Positions 28,874-41,212 of a stretch of DNA of 64,000 bases are shown piece after piece. The translations under genes were made by a program, and so were the position numbers. The notes beneath the pieces are model-generated. The model had not been told where the DNA came from, did no database searches, and saw nothing but the letters and a program-made list of their open reading frames with translations. Origin of the DNA: Candidatus Thermofontivivens primus. Its GTDB lineage: Bacteria; Sysuimicrobiota; Sysuimicrobiia; Sysuimicrobiales; Thermofontiviventaceae. How positions within the stretch are numbered: position 1 is the stretch's first letter; every line of letters begins with the position of its first letter. The stretch lies in the NCBI GenBank assembly GCA_031458695.1, contig JAVKJW010000006.1, positions 35,785 to 99,784 on the forward strand. The letters are read 5' to 3'.

Positions 28874-30055
28874 ATGGACCACGGATGGGGATTTCAGACG
28901 AAGGCCATTCACGGGGGTACAAACCCGGACAACAACAAGTCTGTGACCGCACCCATCTACCAGACCTCGACCTTCCGCTTCACCACCGTAGAGGAGGGAG
29001 CTCGCCTCGGTCAGGATATCGGCCCCGGGTACTATTACACCCGCTGGGGGAACCCCACCACGCGCCTCTTTGAGGAGAAGATGGCCCTCCTGGAAGGTGC
29101 GGAGGATGCCTTGGCTACCTCCTCGGGAATGGCGGCAATTTCGACAGCGGTCCTGTCCTTCATCCAGAAGGGAGATCACGTCGTTGCTCCCCGGGCCATC
29201 TACCAGGCAACATATGAGCTTTTTCAGGAGGTCCTCCCGGATTTCGGTGTGGAGGTCACCTTCCTGAACGTTCCAACGGTCGAGGAGTACGAGAGAGCCC
29301 TGCGCAAGAACACGCGCCTCCTCTATATCGAGACGCCCAATAACCCGCTGCTTCAGATCACCGATATCGCGGCTGTTTGTGCCCTCGCCCGTGCCCACGG
29401 CGCCCTGACCATTGCAGACAACACCTTCGCCACCCCCTACAACCAGAACCCCCTCTCCCTCGGTGTCGATGTGGTGGTTCACAGCGCCACCAAATACATT
29501 GGCGGGCACTCCGATGTCACCGCGGGAGTGATCCTGGGGAACCGAGAGCGGATCCAGCAGATCAAGCACCGCTTCCGTATCTACGGCGGGGTCCTTGACC
29601 CCTTTGCCAGCTGGCTCCTCATCCGGGGAGTAAAAACCCTCGGCCTCCGCATGGAACGGCACAACGCCAACGCGCAGCGCCTCGCTGAGTTCCTGGCTAG
29701 CCATCCTGCCGTGGAGCGGGTGTATTACCCCGGGCTTCCCTCCCATCCTGGCCACGATGTCGCTAGGCGTCAGATGCGCGGGTTCGGGGGGATGCTCAGC
29801 TTTGAGGTAAAAGGAGGATTCGAGGCAGGGGTACGGTGCGTGGAAGCGTTGCGGGTGTGCACCCTGGCTGTCAGCTTGGGAGGGGTAGAAACCCTTGTCA
29901 CCCACCCTGCCTCCACGAGTAGCGTGGGAATCCCCCGCGAGGAGAGGATCCGGGCAGGGATCACCGACGGACTCATCCGCGTCTCCGTGGGAATTGAGGA
30001 CATCGAGGATCTCCTCCGTGATTTCGACCAAGCTCTCGAACGCCTCTCGGTGTGA
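28874..30055 (+). CDS. PLP-dependent trans-sulfuration enzyme (cystathionine gamma-synthase/lyase or methionine gamma-lyase family)
   Basis: PIYQTSTF, YTRWGNPT, DNTFATP, HSATKY (PLP Lys), VSLGGVETL. Confidence 0.9.
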   Translation: MDHGWGFQTKAIHGGTNPDNNKSVTAPIYQTSTFRFTTVEEGARLGQDIGPGYYYTRWGNPTTRLFEEKMALLEGAEDALATSSGMAAISTAVLSFIQKGDHVVAPRAIYQATYELFQEVLPDFGVEVTFLNVPTVEEYERALRKNTRLLYIETPNNPLLQITDIAAVCALARAHGALTIADNTFATPYNQNPLSLGVDVVVHSATKYIGGHSDVTAGVILGNRERIQQIKHRFRIYGGVLDPFASWLLIRGVKTLGLRMERHNANAQRLAEFLASHPAVERVYYPGLPSHPGHDVARRQMRGFGGMLSFEVKGGFEAGVRCVEALRVCTLAVSLGGVETLVTHPASTSSVGIPREERIRAGITDGLIRVSVGIEDIEDLLRDFDQALERLSV

Positions 30056-30102
30056 AGAGTGTGCGCAAGAAAGACCCCTTACCGATGTTGGGGTGAGCGC
30101 GC

Positions 30103-30534
30103 ATGGAAGGGACTGGCTTCAGGCTCAGGGCGATCCCGGGGAAATTCGTGCACGTGCGGATCCCTGCCTCCCTCGAGCCAACCATGCGCAGAGTGGCTGC
30201 GCGGCTTCATGCGCCTTTCTTCGTCTCCTTCGTGGGCGGATCTACAACCCTCATCGTCCTCGAGGAGGAGTGGGAGCTGGAATCGAAAGCATTGCCTGGA
30301 GCCCAAGCAGAACGCGGGTTCAGCTTGCTCTCCCTCGAATCCCCTCAAGGAAGGATGGACGTCGAAACCCTTCGGCGCTCTCAGGATTGGCTCCTCTCTC
30401 GCCTCTCTGACCCGGCTCCCGAGGTCCTCTGGCTTTCCTCATTCCACCGTGATTACCTGCTCGCCCGGGAGGAGGATGTCCCGCGCATCCTCGCAGCTCT
30501 GGGGGAGGATCCAACGACCCCGTCGACATCCTGA
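30103..30534 (+). CDS. Hypothetical protein, possibly a degenerate ACT-like fold
   Basis: 143 aa. The layout and C-terminal LSSFHRDYLL resemble the S-x-F-x-x-D-Y-L-L end of ACT_7-type proteins. Confidence 0.5.
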   Translation: MEGTGFRLRAIPGKFVHVRIPASLEPTMRRVAARLHAPFFVSFVGGSTTLIVLEEEWELESKALPGAQAERGFSLLSLESPQGRMDVETLRRSQDWLLSRLSDPAPEVLWLSSFHRDYLLAREEDVPRILAALGEDPTTPSTS

Positions 30535-30552
30535 AAAGGGGTGTGGAAGCGC

Positions 30553-31305
30553 TTAAAGCCACTGTCGGAGGAGAGGTGGAATCTCAGAAAGGGAGGTCAC
30601 CACAGCGTCAGGGGAGAACGAGGCGAGGGAAAAATCGTTTTTGGGATCAGGCTCCACGGCCACGAGAATGGTGCGCATCCCAAGTGCACGCGCCGGGACC
30701 AAGTCAAAATCCAGAGTATCCCCCACCATGACAACCTGGGAGGGGAGGATCTTCCATGTGTTCAGGACGTGGTGAAAGATCTCTAGGTGGGGCTTCCGCC
30801 AACCGAACGCTGCAGAGGAGATGATGGGATCGAGGTACCGGTCCAGACCTCCCTGCTCGAGAACCCTATGAACGAGCCAGTCGCTCGTCGCGTTCGAAAT
30901 GAGACCAAGGCGGAGGTCCATGCGGGACAATGCTTCCAGGGTCTCCCGCGCGTGCGGGTACGGCCGACTCCCCTGGAGCTCAGGGGCAAAGAAGATACGC
31001 ACAGCCTGGAAAAGGAGGGAGTCCGAGGAGGGCAGGTTGAGGGAGGCGAACAGCTCCCCGATTGCCCTCTCGACAGTGTATTCGCGATGGTGCTCTTCTG
31101 CCCACCGAAGGCCTTCCCGGCGGATTTCCTGGAGCAGCCTGCTGACCCTCTCCTCGTCCTGGATCAACCCCTGCTGGCGCAGCCAGGCACTAAGCCTTCG
31201 GGCGTTCGGCTCCTCATACTGCCCGTGGTCCCGGTAGACGAGTGTGCCCCAGAGATCGAAGATAACGCCTTGCACAGGCCCTGGACGATGTTCCCTCTCC
31301 CTCAT
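30553..31305 (-). CDS. HAD-superfamily hydrolase
   Basis: FDLWGTL, LISN, KPH, VGDTLDFD. Confidence 0.88.
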   Translation of the reverse strand: MREREHRPGPVQGVIFDLWGTLVYRDHGQYEEPNARRLSAWLRQQGLIQDEERVSRLLQEIRREGLRWAEEHHREYTVERAIGELFASLNLPSSDSLLFQAVRIFFAPELQGSRPYPHARETLEALSRMDLRLGLISNATSDWLVHRVLEQGGLDRYLDPIISSAAFGWRKPHLEIFHHVLNTWKILPSQVVMVGDTLDFDLVPARALGMRTILVAVEPDPKNDFSLASFSPDAVVTSLSEIPPLLRQWL

Positions 31306-31706
31306 CGGCGCAATACTTTCTCCCACCAACGCTTCGGGTGATCCCCCTTTGGCCTCTCCTGCGGTGATTCCACCGGAGAGGGTGTCTCCACAATTCGCAG
31401 GGCGATCTCCCCAGGTTTCACCAGGCCAAGCCTTTCCCGGGCAAGCTTTTCCACGTATTCTGGCCGCTGGAGGAGTTTGATCTCCTCGCGCAGCTGGGCA
31501 TTCTGGCGCTGCAACTCCCGTCTCTCCTCCGCGAGCTTCGTAGCCTCCTGTTTCAGCTGGAACACTTTCAGGTAGGTCTCCACGAAGGAGATCGCAACGA
31601 AAAGCGCCACGATCAAGATCCCGATGGAAAGGAGCCATCGCCGGTGCGATGAGCTGGATCTTTGAAAACCCCTCTCTCTATGACGAAGACCTTTCTCTCG
31701 ACGCAT
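31302..31706 (-). CDS. divIC: Septum formation initiator (DivIC/FtsB family)
   Basis: TM helix, coiled coil, YVEKLARERLGLVKPGE; downstream of eno. Confidence 0.85.
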   Translation of the reverse strand: MRREKGLRHRERGFQRSSSSHRRWLLSIGILIVALFVAISFVETYLKVFQLKQEATKLAEERRELQRQNAQLREEIKLLQRPEYVEKLARERLGLVKPGEIALRIVETPSPVESPQERPKGDHPKRWWEKVLRR

Positions 31707-31758
31707 CCTCTCCAACCTCACGCTTCTTGCTTAACGCCGGCACAATGCTTCGATTCCA

Positions 31759-33069
<1,311 letters not shown>

Positions 33070-33333
33070 TCACCATGGGAAGTCCCCTTGGACTCGCTCC
33101 ACCACCTCGTACAGGGGAGTGCTGGATCCTTTGGTAGTAGCAGGGATCGCCGTGATTCTCGCGACCAGCCGATGCGAGCCAAAATCAATCTCCACCAAGT
33201 CCCCGATGTGGACCTGCTTGCTGGCCTTGGCAGGATGGGTATTGACCTTGACCCGCCCCAAGTTGCACAGGGTATTGGCGACGGTACGCCGTTTGACCAA
33301 CTTGCTGACCTGCAGGTACTTGTCCAACCGCAT
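33070..33333 (-). CDS. S4-domain RNA-binding protein (YabO/Hsp15-like)
   Basis: MRLDKYLQVSKLVKRRTVA. Confidence 0.88.
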   Translation of the reverse strand: MRLDKYLQVSKLVKRRTVANTLCNLGRVKVNTHPAKASKQVHIGDLVEIDFGSHRLVARITAIPATTKGSSTPLYEVVERVQGDFPW

Positions 33334-33359
33334 TCCTGGTTTGTCTGTGAACGCACGCC

Positions 33360-34139
33360 TCACGGCTCCTTCGCTTGTCGCCAGAGGTCCAAGAGATGAC
33401 CCAGGTCCTGCTCCTTCATGGATCTCCCTTCCGCGGCCAGCTTCGCTTCCACCCACTGGAACCGATCGATGAATTTCCGGCAGGCCCCCCGCAGCGCTTG
33501 CTCCGCATCCACCCTAGCTAAGATGGCCACGTTCAGGAGGGTGAACAGGAGATCCCCAAGCTCCTCGGCAATTCGGTCCTTCTCCCCCGTTCCCAAGACT
33601 CCTGCAAGCTCCTCCAGTTCTTCCCGGGCTTTGTCCATTGACGCGTCCACATCGGGCCACCTGAACCCCGCCGCGATGGCCCTCTCCTGGAGCCTCTGCG
33701 CCCACATCAACGCAGGCAAGCTGGGAGGTATCCCCTCCAGGAGCGAGGCGGCTGCATCCCGTTCTTGCTGCTTCAGCGCCTCCCAGCGCTCGACGACTTC
33801 CTCTGGCGTCTCCGCCCGGGCATGACCGAACACGTGAGGATGACGGCGGATCAGCTTTTCCGTCAGCCCTGTCACGACATCCTCGATTGTAAACTTCCCC
33901 TCCTCCTTGGCCATCTGCGCGTGGAAGACCACCTGAAGGAGAAGGTCCCCAAGCTCCTCGCAGAGTTCCTGGGGATCGCCACGGTGTACCGCCTCGACGA
34001 CCTCGTAAGCCTCTTCCACAAGGTAGGGGAGGAGGGATTGCGGCGTCTGCGCCCGATCCCAGGGGCACCCTTCTGGCCCCCGCAGTTTCTCCATAGTCTG
34101 GATCAACCTCTCAAAGAGGTCACCGGCGCGTTGCTCCAT
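33360..34139 (-). CDS. mazG: Nucleoside triphosphate pyrophosphohydrolase MazG
   Basis: GCPWDRAQT, EEAYE, two EELGDLL motifs, RRHPHVF. Confidence 0.94.
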   Translation of the reverse strand: MEQRAGDLFERLIQTMEKLRGPEGCPWDRAQTPQSLLPYLVEEAYEVVEAVHRGDPQELCEELGDLLLQVVFHAQMAKEEGKFTIEDVVTGLTEKLIRRHPHVFGHARAETPEEVVERWEALKQQERDAAASLLEGIPPSLPALMWAQRLQERAIAAGFRWPDVDASMDKAREELEELAGVLGTGEKDRIAEELGDLLFTLLNVAILARVDAEQALRGACRKFIDRFQWVEAKLAAEGRSMKEQDLGHLLDLWRQAKEP

Positions 34140-34161
34140 GAGCAGTCTCCTCCGATCTCGC

Positions 34162-35130
34162 TCACTCTTTGGGACGGTCGAAGCGGACGATCTTGGCCTT
34201 GGCCCGTGTTTCCCGGAACCACCGGTCAAAGCGCTCCTCTGCTTTCTGCTGGCGGAGGGTCCGCTCGATCCGTTCCTTGACCTCTTCGTATACGGCAGGC
34301 CGGGCTGGCTTCCGCTCCAGCACCTGGATGAGATGGTAACCCTGGGAGGTTTTCACGGGACCGCCAATCTGCCCAGCCGGAAGGCCGAAAGCAACCTTGG
34401 TGAATGCCTCCTCGTATTGCCCACGGGTGATGAACCCAAGATCGCCCCCCTTCTCCTTAGTGTCCAGATCGATGGAGTGTTGCCGAGCGAGGGTCGCAAA
34501 GTCCTCCCCGCGTTGGAGCTTGCCCTCGACCACCTTCGCCTCCGCCTCCGTGCGTACCAGGATGTGTCGTACGTGGACCTGCTCCGGCTCTCCAAGCTCC
34601 CCCCGGTGCTTCATAAAGTATTCCTGTACCTCCGCCTCCCGGACCTCTTCCCCGGTGGCAAGCATCGCGATGATCCGGTTAACGGTCTGGTCCACGCGGA
34701 TGCGCTCGCGGAGGTTCAGGAGGCTGAGGTTTCTCGCGGCCAGGGCTTCCTGGAAAGCCTCTTCGGATCCGAACTGCTCCCGGATCGCGGCAAGGCGCAG
34801 GTCCACCTCGTAATCTGTGGCTACCTGCCCGAGCCGGCGAGCTTCCTGCATCAGGATCTTTCGATCCATGAGCTGGTCGAGTACAGCTCTCTTCAGCTCC
34901 TGGCGCTGACTCTGGCCCTCCTGTCCCTCAAAGGTGAGGCCGTACTGGAAGGCGACCAGCTCCACCTCCGCCTCCACGTCGCGCTGGTAGATCGCTTCTC
35001 CATTCACCACAGCCGCGAGTGCAGTCACTTGCGCCATCGCCCTGGTCAGGTACACCGTCCCAACGGTCGCGAGGCCCATACCCATCACAGCAACAATTAC
35101 GGCGATCGCTCCCCTTCCGCTCTTCAACAT
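34162..35130 (-). CDS. Parvulin-type peptidyl-prolyl isomerase (PrsA/SurA-like)
   Basis: N-terminal TM/signal, VNGEAI, VRHILV, KGGDLG, GYHLI. Confidence 0.88.
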   Translation of the reverse strand: MLKSGRGAIAVIVAVMGMGLATVGTVYLTRAMAQVTALAAVVNGEAIYQRDVEAEVELVAFQYGLTFEGQEGQSQRQELKRAVLDQLMDRKILMQEARRLGQVATDYEVDLRLAAIREQFGSEEAFQEALAARNLSLLNLRERIRVDQTVNRIIAMLATGEEVREAEVQEYFMKHRGELGEPEQVHVRHILVRTEAEAKVVEGKLQRGEDFATLARQHSIDLDTKEKGGDLGFITRGQYEEAFTKVAFGLPAGQIGGPVKTSQGYHLIQVLERKPARPAVYEEVKERIERTLRQQKAEERFDRWFRETRAKAKIVRFDRPKE

Positions 35131-35267
35131 CTCCCTCCTCCTTGTTCGATCTCAGCACTCCCCACACCACGCGTGGCATGTTGCAGGCCCAGTGAAATTT
35201 TGGCCACAGCATTCGTTGGGGTTACCTCAATGCCCGAAATTTCGCCTTCCGCAAAGCTTGAGGAGAA

Positions 35268-38200
35268 CTACCGTGCCCGCTGATCAGCGGGAAAAGCGTC
35301 GTGCCCAAACCTTGCTCTTTCCATAGGACCTGAGGCTCCCAGGAATCCGCTATGCGCATGTCTGGGGTGGGCCAGGGACTCTATCCGAATCAACGTCTCC
35401 AGGGCTTCGCGGAGCCAGCGCGCATCTTCTTGAAAGCTACGGCCTTCTGTGCGAAGGACGATAGCTTTCGGGTGCAGGGTCGCACGCCCCCGCAATGCCT
35501 GGTCAAGGAGACGCTGCCCATGTTCATGGATGGGAGGCTCTGTGGGAAAACGCAGGACAAGGTGTGCCCCCTCCCTCCCCACCGAGGCGACTCCCGCTTG
35601 CCGCGCCAGAACCTTCAGGCGAACAATCTCGAGGAGATTGCGGACAGGCCCCGGGAGATCCCCGTACCGATCTCGTAGTTCGCTTGCAACCTCTTCCACC
35701 TCCTCAAGAGTGCGGGCGGTACTCAGCTTCCTGTATGCGGTAAGCCGCTGGGTCTCATCAGGAATGTAAAACTGTGGGATGTACGCATCCACGCGTAGCT
35801 CAATGACTGGATCCGGCGCCTCCTCCACGATCTCCCCGCGGAGCTGACGGATGGCCTCGTCCAGAAGCCGGCAGTAGAGGTCGAACCCGACAGCGGCCAG
35901 GTGGCCATGCTGTTCGGGCCCGAGGAGGTTCCCGGCCCCACGGATCTCTAGGTCCCGCATGGCGAGCTTGAACCCGGAACCCAGCTCGACGAACTCCTGA
36001 AGCGCCTCCAACCGCTTATATGCCTCTGGCGTCAGCCGGACCCCCTTCGGGTAGAGAAGGTACGCATAGGCCTGGCGGTCGGAGCGCCCCACCCTTCCCC
36101 GGAGCTGGTAGAGCTGGCTCAACCCCATCATGTGCGCATTCTCCACAATGATCGTGTTAACCCTCGGGATGTCTAGCCCGATCTCTACGATGGTTGTGCA
36201 GATGAGGACGTCGTACCTCCCCCCGATGAAGTCAAGCATGATACGCTCCAGGCGTTCCTCGGACATCTGGCCGTGCGCAACGGCCACTCTGGCCTCAGGC
36301 ACGAGCCGCTGAATGTGCCGGGCAGTGCGGTCGATGGTCTCCACGCGGTTGCTCACCACGTACACCTGTCCTCCCCGCGAGAGCTCCCTCCGGATGGCCT
36401 CTGCAACCATCGCGTCCTCCCAAGCGGCAACAACAGTGCGAATGGGCTGACGGGAGTCTGGGGGCGTCTCGATGACGGATATGTCCCGCAGCCCCACCAG
36501 GGACATGTAGAGGGTACGGGGGATGGGCGTGGCAGTCAGCGTGAGCACGTCCACTTCCCTCCGCAGCTCCTTCAGTCGTTCCTTCTGCGCGACGCCGAAC
36601 CGCTGTTCCTCGTCGATGATCACAAGACCGAGGTCCTTGAACTGTACATCGGGCTGGAGGAGGCGGTGGGTGCCGATGATCACGTCCACGATCCCAGCCC
36701 GTAGCTCCTGAAGGATCCGGCGTTGCTCCTGTTGGGAGCGAAACCGACTCAGAACCTCCACCTTGATCGGGTAGGGGGCGAACCGTTGGGAGAACACCGT
36801 ATAGTGTTGCTGGGCGAGGATTGTGGTGGGGACGAGGACGGCTACCTGCTTCCCGTCCATAACTGCCTTAAAGGCTGCCCTCACCGCGACCTCTGTCTTC
36901 CCATAGCCCACGTCCCCGCAAATTAGACGATCCATAGGTTTGGGCGTTTCCATGTCGCGCTTGACCTCTTCGATCGCCCTTTGCTGATCGGGGGTCTCCT
37001 CGTACTCGAAGCTCGCCTCTAGCTCGTGCTGCCAAGGGGTATCCGGAGAAAAGGCAAACCCTCGCGCCGTCTCTCGGGAGGCGTAGAGTTCCAGGAGCTT
37101 GCGGGCGAGTTCCTGTGTCGCCTCCCGCACGCGTCTTTTCTCTCGCTCCCAATCCGCCCCCCCGAGCCGGTGGATCTGGGGCTCCATTCCTTCTACCCCG
37201 ATGTACCGCTGGACCAGGTTGATCTGGTCAACAGGCACGTAGAGACGGTCTCCCTGGGCGTACTCGATGAGAAGGTAGTCTCGTTCCACTCCGTCCACGG
37301 AAAGGTGCACCAATCCGCGGTAGATCCCGATCCCGTGGTGGATGTGCACCACATAATCTCCCTCGTGAAGGTCCAACCAAGTCGTCAGAGGGGTCCCCTC
37401 CCTGACAACCCGTGCACGGCGCCTCCTGTGACGCCTCCACCCGAGCACCTCGCTGTCGGTCACTACCACCAGGTCTTCAAGCCGGAACCCGCGGGAGAGA
37501 GGGGAAGGGACGGCGACAATTTGGGAAGGCGCCGGTGGCGTGGGAAGGCTCTCGGCAAAATCCACCGGGACCCCCGTTCCCTGGAGGAGTTCACAAAATC
37601 GCTTTGCCTGTCCACTCGCCAGGACGACCCTGCGCCCTTCCCGGCGCCATTCCTCAAGCCGGCGGCTGAGAAGCCTAGTCTGGCCTGCGAAGGTTTCCAC
37701 CCCGCCTATGGCGAAAGTAATCGATTCTGGATCACCCTCTTGGGGATAGGAAAAGGAGAAGGTAATCCTACGCCTCCTCGCAAGGAGCCCCTCTAGCTCC
37801 TTCCACTCCAGGGCAGGCGGCAGGTAAACGATCCTCCCCGTCTCCTCGGCTCTGAGCCTCGCTTCACCCATACGGGAAATCAGATCGTCGGCCTGCCGTT
37901 TCACCTCTATGGGCTCGTCGAGAACAATTACCGCTGCATCATCAAGGTAATCGAGAAGATTCCCCTCGGCTTCTGTGATGATCTGCTCTCCCGCAGGCAG
38001 GATGGTCGCCTCATGGAGGACCTCGATGCTCCGCTGGGAGGCCGGGTCAAAAGACCGGATCTGCTCTACTTCGTCGCCGAACAGCTCAACGCGGATGGGG
38101 AGAGCCATCTGAGGGGAGAAGATGTCCACGATCCCTCCCCGCACGGCGAACTGCCCACGTGCGACAACTTGCTCCATGCGCTCGTACCCTCCTGCGACAA

Positions 38201-38690
38201 GGAACGCCACGATGGCTTCCCTGCTGATGCTCGTACCCGTCTTCAGGACCAGCTGAAAGGCACTGAGTGTACCTGGATACGGGACCTTCTGGAGGACGGA
38301 GGAGATCGGAGCAAGGATGACGAGGCCACGGCCCGAGGCGAGATCGTGCAAGATGCTCATGCGCTCCCCGAGGACCTCCACGCTCGGAGGAGCTTCGTCG
38401 TAAGGGAGGATCTCCCATGAAGGGAAGAGCCGCGTTTGTTCCTCTAGGTGCGGGAGGAAGGCAAGGAGATCTTCACCAAACCGTTCTGCGTCCGCGCGTG
38501 TGGGGGTAATCACAAGGCAGGAAGCCGAAGCAGGAAGGGAGAGATCCACGAACAGGGATGCAAGGAGATACGCCTTTTCTGCCCCGACGAGCCCGAGGAT
38601 CATCGGCCCCCGGGAGGAGTGGAGCTGTTGAAGGACCTTGTTGTACTCCTGCTGCCGCTGGAGGAGCGGAAGCAGCCCAGCCAGAGCCAT
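35268..38690 (-). CDS. mfd: Transcription-repair coupling factor
   Basis: CarD/RID domain (VVHIHHGIG), [26 protein letters not shown] motif. Confidence 0.97.
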   Translation of the reverse strand: MALAGLLPLLQRQQEYNKVLQQLHSSRGPMILGLVGAEKAYLLASLFVDLSLPASASCLVITPTRADAERFGEDLLAFLPHLEEQTRLFPSWEILPYDEAPPSVEVLGERMSILHDLASGRGLVILAPISSVLQKVPYPGTLSAFQLVLKTGTSISREAIVAFLVAGGYERMEQVVARGQFAVRGGIVDIFSPQMALPIRVELFGDEVEQIRSFDPASQRSIEVLHEATILPAGEQIITEAEGNLLDYLDDAAVIVLDEPIEVKRQADDLISRMGEARLRAEETGRIVYLPPALEWKELEGLLARRRRITFSFSYPQEGDPESITFAIGGVETFAGQTRLLSRRLEEWRREGRRVVLASGQAKRFCELLQGTGVPVDFAESLPTPPAPSQIVAVPSPLSRGFRLEDLVVVTDSEVLGWRRHRRRRARVVREGTPLTTWLDLHEGDYVVHIHHGIGIYRGLVHLSVDGVERDYLLIEYAQGDRLYVPVDQINLVQRYIGVEGMEPQIHRLGGADWEREKRRVREATQELARKLLELYASRETARGFAFSPDTPWQHELEASFEYEETPDQQRAIEEVKRDMETPKPMDRLICGDVGYGKTEVAVRAAFKAVMDGKQVAVLVPTTILAQQHYTVFSQRFAPYPIKVEVLSRFRSQQEQRRILQELRAGIVDVIIGTHRLLQPDVQFKDLGLVIIDEEQRFGVAQKERLKELRREVDVLTLTATPIPRTLYMSLVGLRDISVIETPPDSRQPIRTVVAAWEDAMVAEAIRRELSRGGQVYVVSNRVETIDRTARHIQRLVPEARVAVAHGQMSEERLERIMLDFIGGRYDVLICTTIVEIGLDIPRVNTIIVENAHMMGLSQLYQLRGRVGRSDRQAYAYLLYPKGVRLTPEAYKRLEALQEFVELGSGFKLAMRDLEIRGAGNLLGPEQHGHLAAVGFDLYCRLLDEAIRQLRGEIVEEAPDPVIELRVDAYIPQFYIPDETQRLTAYRKLSTARTLEEVEEVASELRDRYGDLPGPVRNLLEIVRLKVLARQAGVASVGREGAHLVLRFPTEPPIHEHGQRLLDQALRGRATLHPKAIVLRTEGRSFQEDARWLREALETLIRIESLAHPRHAHSGFLGASGPMERARFGHDAFPADQRAR

Positions 38691-38787
38691 GACAATCACC
38701 CAGCCCCCTTCCCGGCCTCCGATCCTCCTTCATGGGAAGAGCAGGGGAGTAGAGGGATCGGGTCCTGTGGGATTGGACGCCTCCTGT

Positions 38788-38840
38788 ATTGTACTGGACA
38801 GCAAACAGGGGGGTCAAGGAAACGGGGAACGTGCTATACT
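38788..38840. promoter_or_regulatory. Divergent promoters for mfd and the hypothetical gene
   Basis: Minus: TTGACC (38817-38812), 18 bp, TACAAT (38793-38788). Plus: extended -10 TGcTATACT (38832-38840). Confidence 0.55.
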
Positions 38841-38865
38841 ATCCTGAGGAGGTAGGAGCGGAGCG

Positions 38866-39714
38866 ATGGCAGCGAGGGTATATACAGAGATCGAGGTCCC
38901 CCTGACAGGCCCCACTGGTACCAAATTCCTCCTTCGCGGGAGATCCCCTCAGGATCTTGCCAGAAACTTGCGCAGGGAAGCGAGGCGGCTGGGGATATGG
39001 TTGGATGAGCTCGCCAGCGTCATCGAAGGACTCGCGGCAGATGGGTGGCGCTGGAGAGTGATCAACGGGACCACGCTCGTCTTCTCCCACCACCGTCCCC
39101 AAGGGAAACAGGAGACTGTGGCCTACCTCCAGAGGAAGTTCGGACGCCGTGTGCTCCGTCACATCTCTCTCCGGGAACGCGTAGAGATGGTTGAACAAAA
39201 GGCTCCCGAGGGGAGAGGCACTGGTCGCGCCGCAAGGTTACCGCGGCCAACGCCCCAACCTCCCAAAGCCGAAGATGAGCTTACGAGGGAGCTGCGACGG
39301 ATGATCGCAGCAGAGGAACATCCAAAAGAGCTCTACCTCGGGCATCCCCAGGAGGAGCTGGCCGAGCTTGCCTTGGACATGAACTTTCTCGCTCAGGAGG
39401 CGCTGGAGGATCCAGAAGTAGCCAAGTTCCTCGAAAAACTTCAGGAGGAACATGCTCAGGACAAGACCTACCGGGATCTCCACGACCGTTACTTTAGCCT
39501 GCTCGATCGGCTAGGGTCTGGGGACCCTGCAGTGGATGAAGCGTACTGGGACCTCTTCTCCTATACGGCCCACAAGCTGGCCCCGCTCATCCCAGTCCTT
39601 CGGAACTACCTGGAGCGACGCGGGCTCACCGACCTCTGCGAGCACGAGGCTACCTCTTTCCTGGCCTGTGCCCTGTCACAAGCGCTCACGCTCATGGAGG
39701 AGCGCGAAGATTGA
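38866..39714 (+). CDS. Hypothetical protein (282 aa)
   Basis: Strong SD (AGGAGG/AGGAG), upstream promoter, fills the space between mfd and the AI-2E gene. No family recognised. Confidence 0.8.
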   Translation: MAARVYTEIEVPLTGPTGTKFLLRGRSPQDLARNLRREARRLGIWLDELASVIEGLAADGWRWRVINGTTLVFSHHRPQGKQETVAYLQRKFGRRVLRHISLRERVEMVEQKAPEGRGTGRAARLPRPTPQPPKAEDELTRELRRMIAAEEHPKELYLGHPQEELAELALDMNFLAQEALEDPEVAKFLEKLQEEHAQDKTYRDLHDRYFSLLDRLGSGDPAVDEAYWDLFSYTAHKLAPLIPVLRNYLERRGLTDLCEHEATSFLACALSQALTLMEERED

Positions 39715-39766
39715 GCGCACCCAACATCCTGAGCAAGGATTCGGGAGGACACGGGCGACAGTGCGA

Positions 39767-40831
39767 TTACTCCTCCGAGGCGTCGGACCGGAGGGCCCCA
39801 AGGATCTCCCCTGCAATCACCTGTAACGCAGCTGCCACGGGGATGGCGATAAATGCCCCCAGGATCCCGGCAAGCCGTGCCCCAATGAGCAGAGCGAGGA
39901 TCGTGAGAATCGGGGAGAGCCCGACAGCCCTGCGCATCACGCGGGGGACGAGGAAGTTTCCCTCAATCTGCTGGACAGCAGTATAGAGGGCGATCACAGC
40001 GAGAAGGCGCCAGAGAGGCTGGAATAGGGCAATGAGCACGCCTGGGATCGCCCCGAGCACCGGTCCAATGACGGGGATCAACTCTGTGATCCCGGCAACC
40101 ACCCCAAGCAACACCGGATAGGGCATCCCTAGGAGAGCTAATCCTACAGCATCCATGACGAAGATGATAGCGGCAAGGAGCAGCTGGCCGCGGAGCCAGC
40201 TGCTGAACTTCTCCCCAATCCGCGCCAGAACCCCCTCCACCCGTCCCCGGACCGTGGGCGGGAAGATGAAGAGGAAGCCCTGCTTGAGCGCCGCAGATTC
40301 CAGGATCATATAGAAACTCAGGACCAGAACCGTGATGGCTGAGACGATGTTCCCGAGAAACCGTAGGAGAAAACCCGCCGCCGGGGCGAAGTAGCGGCTA
40401 AACCCCGCGAGGTCACGAGGGAGCCTGTCGATCACGTTGGTAAGGTCGGGAAACCAGGGATACCGGGCCTGCCAGGTGCTGGCAAGCACACGCAACTCCT
40501 CCAGGTAGGTGGGAAGGCTCTGGACCAACGACTGGGCTTCTAGGGCGAGCGGGGTCACTAGGAGGCTACTGAGGAGGAGTACCAGAATAACAATGCCGAG
40601 GTAGACAACAAGCAAGGCCCCGAGCCGAGACAGATGACGACGGCCCAAGCGGAGACGTTCTAGCTGTGCCACGAGAGGGGCGACCCCCGCAGCCAGGATA
40701 GCGGAGAGGAGAACGAGGAGGAGGATCCCCCAGATTTGGATGAGGATCCAGAAGAATCCTAGCGTCAAGGCGACCGCAAGGGTCACCACCACAGCAGAGA
40801 TCAGGAGCTCTCGGCGATCCGCCATGCCCAT
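39767..40831 (-). CDS. AI-2E family transporter
   Basis: Multi-TM; WLRGQ, ELIPVIGP, QQIEGNFLVPRVM, GAFIAIP. Confidence 0.9.
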   Translation of the reverse strand: MGMADRRELLISAVVVTLAVALTLGFFWILIQIWGILLLVLLSAILAAGVAPLVAQLERLRLGRRHLSRLGALLVVYLGIVILVLLLSSLLVTPLALEAQSLVQSLPTYLEELRVLASTWQARYPWFPDLTNVIDRLPRDLAGFSRYFAPAAGFLLRFLGNIVSAITVLVLSFYMILESAALKQGFLFIFPPTVRGRVEGVLARIGEKFSSWLRGQLLLAAIIFVMDAVGLALLGMPYPVLLGVVAGITELIPVIGPVLGAIPGVLIALFQPLWRLLAVIALYTAVQQIEGNFLVPRVMRRAVGLSPILTILALLIGARLAGILGAFIAIPVAAALQVIAGEILGALRSDASEE

Positions 40832-41063
40832 TCCCCTCCCCGGAGGCCTCCCTGGATGTTCTCCGCCGGGAATGCTCCTCCTGCCAGCAGGACCCCATTT
40901 CCCATCGTCTTCCTCCCACGATGGGCGAGAGGGTTTCTTATAGTCCCATTCTTCCTTCCTCCGTGGGAGAAGAACACCTGCCCATTGTACGTTCTCCCTC
41001 AGGGAAGAGGTTCAGGGAAAAGGAGGGGTGGTCGGAAAAGTCTCTTGAAACCGGAGGGTCGCC

Positions 41064-41092
41064 TTGACATCCCGGAGAGGGTTCCGTACCAT
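41064..41092 (+). promoter_or_regulatory. Promoter of tRNA-Asn
   Basis: TTGACA, 17 bp, TACCAT. Confidence 0.7.
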
Positions 41093-41115
41093 TAAGAATG
41101 CTGGTAAGGCAACGT

Positions 41116-41190
41116 TCCGCGGTAGCTCAACGGTAGAGCGGCGGGCTGTTAACCCGACGGTTGCAGGTTCGAATCCTGCCCGCGGAGCCA
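41116..41190 (+). tRNA. tRNA-Asn (GTT)
   Basis: Acceptor stem TCCGCGG/CCGCGGA, D arm, anticodon loop CTGTTAA, GGTTCGAATCC T arm, encoded CCA. Confidence 0.97.
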
Positions 41191-41212
41191 TCTCTTCTTC
41201 TGTCCTTGATCC

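Noticed and set aside
28850..30031. 393-aa minus-strand ORF
   Set aside because: Mirror frame of the PLP enzyme gene.
34138..35283. 381-aa plus-strand ORF
   Set aside because: Antisense to the PPIase gene.
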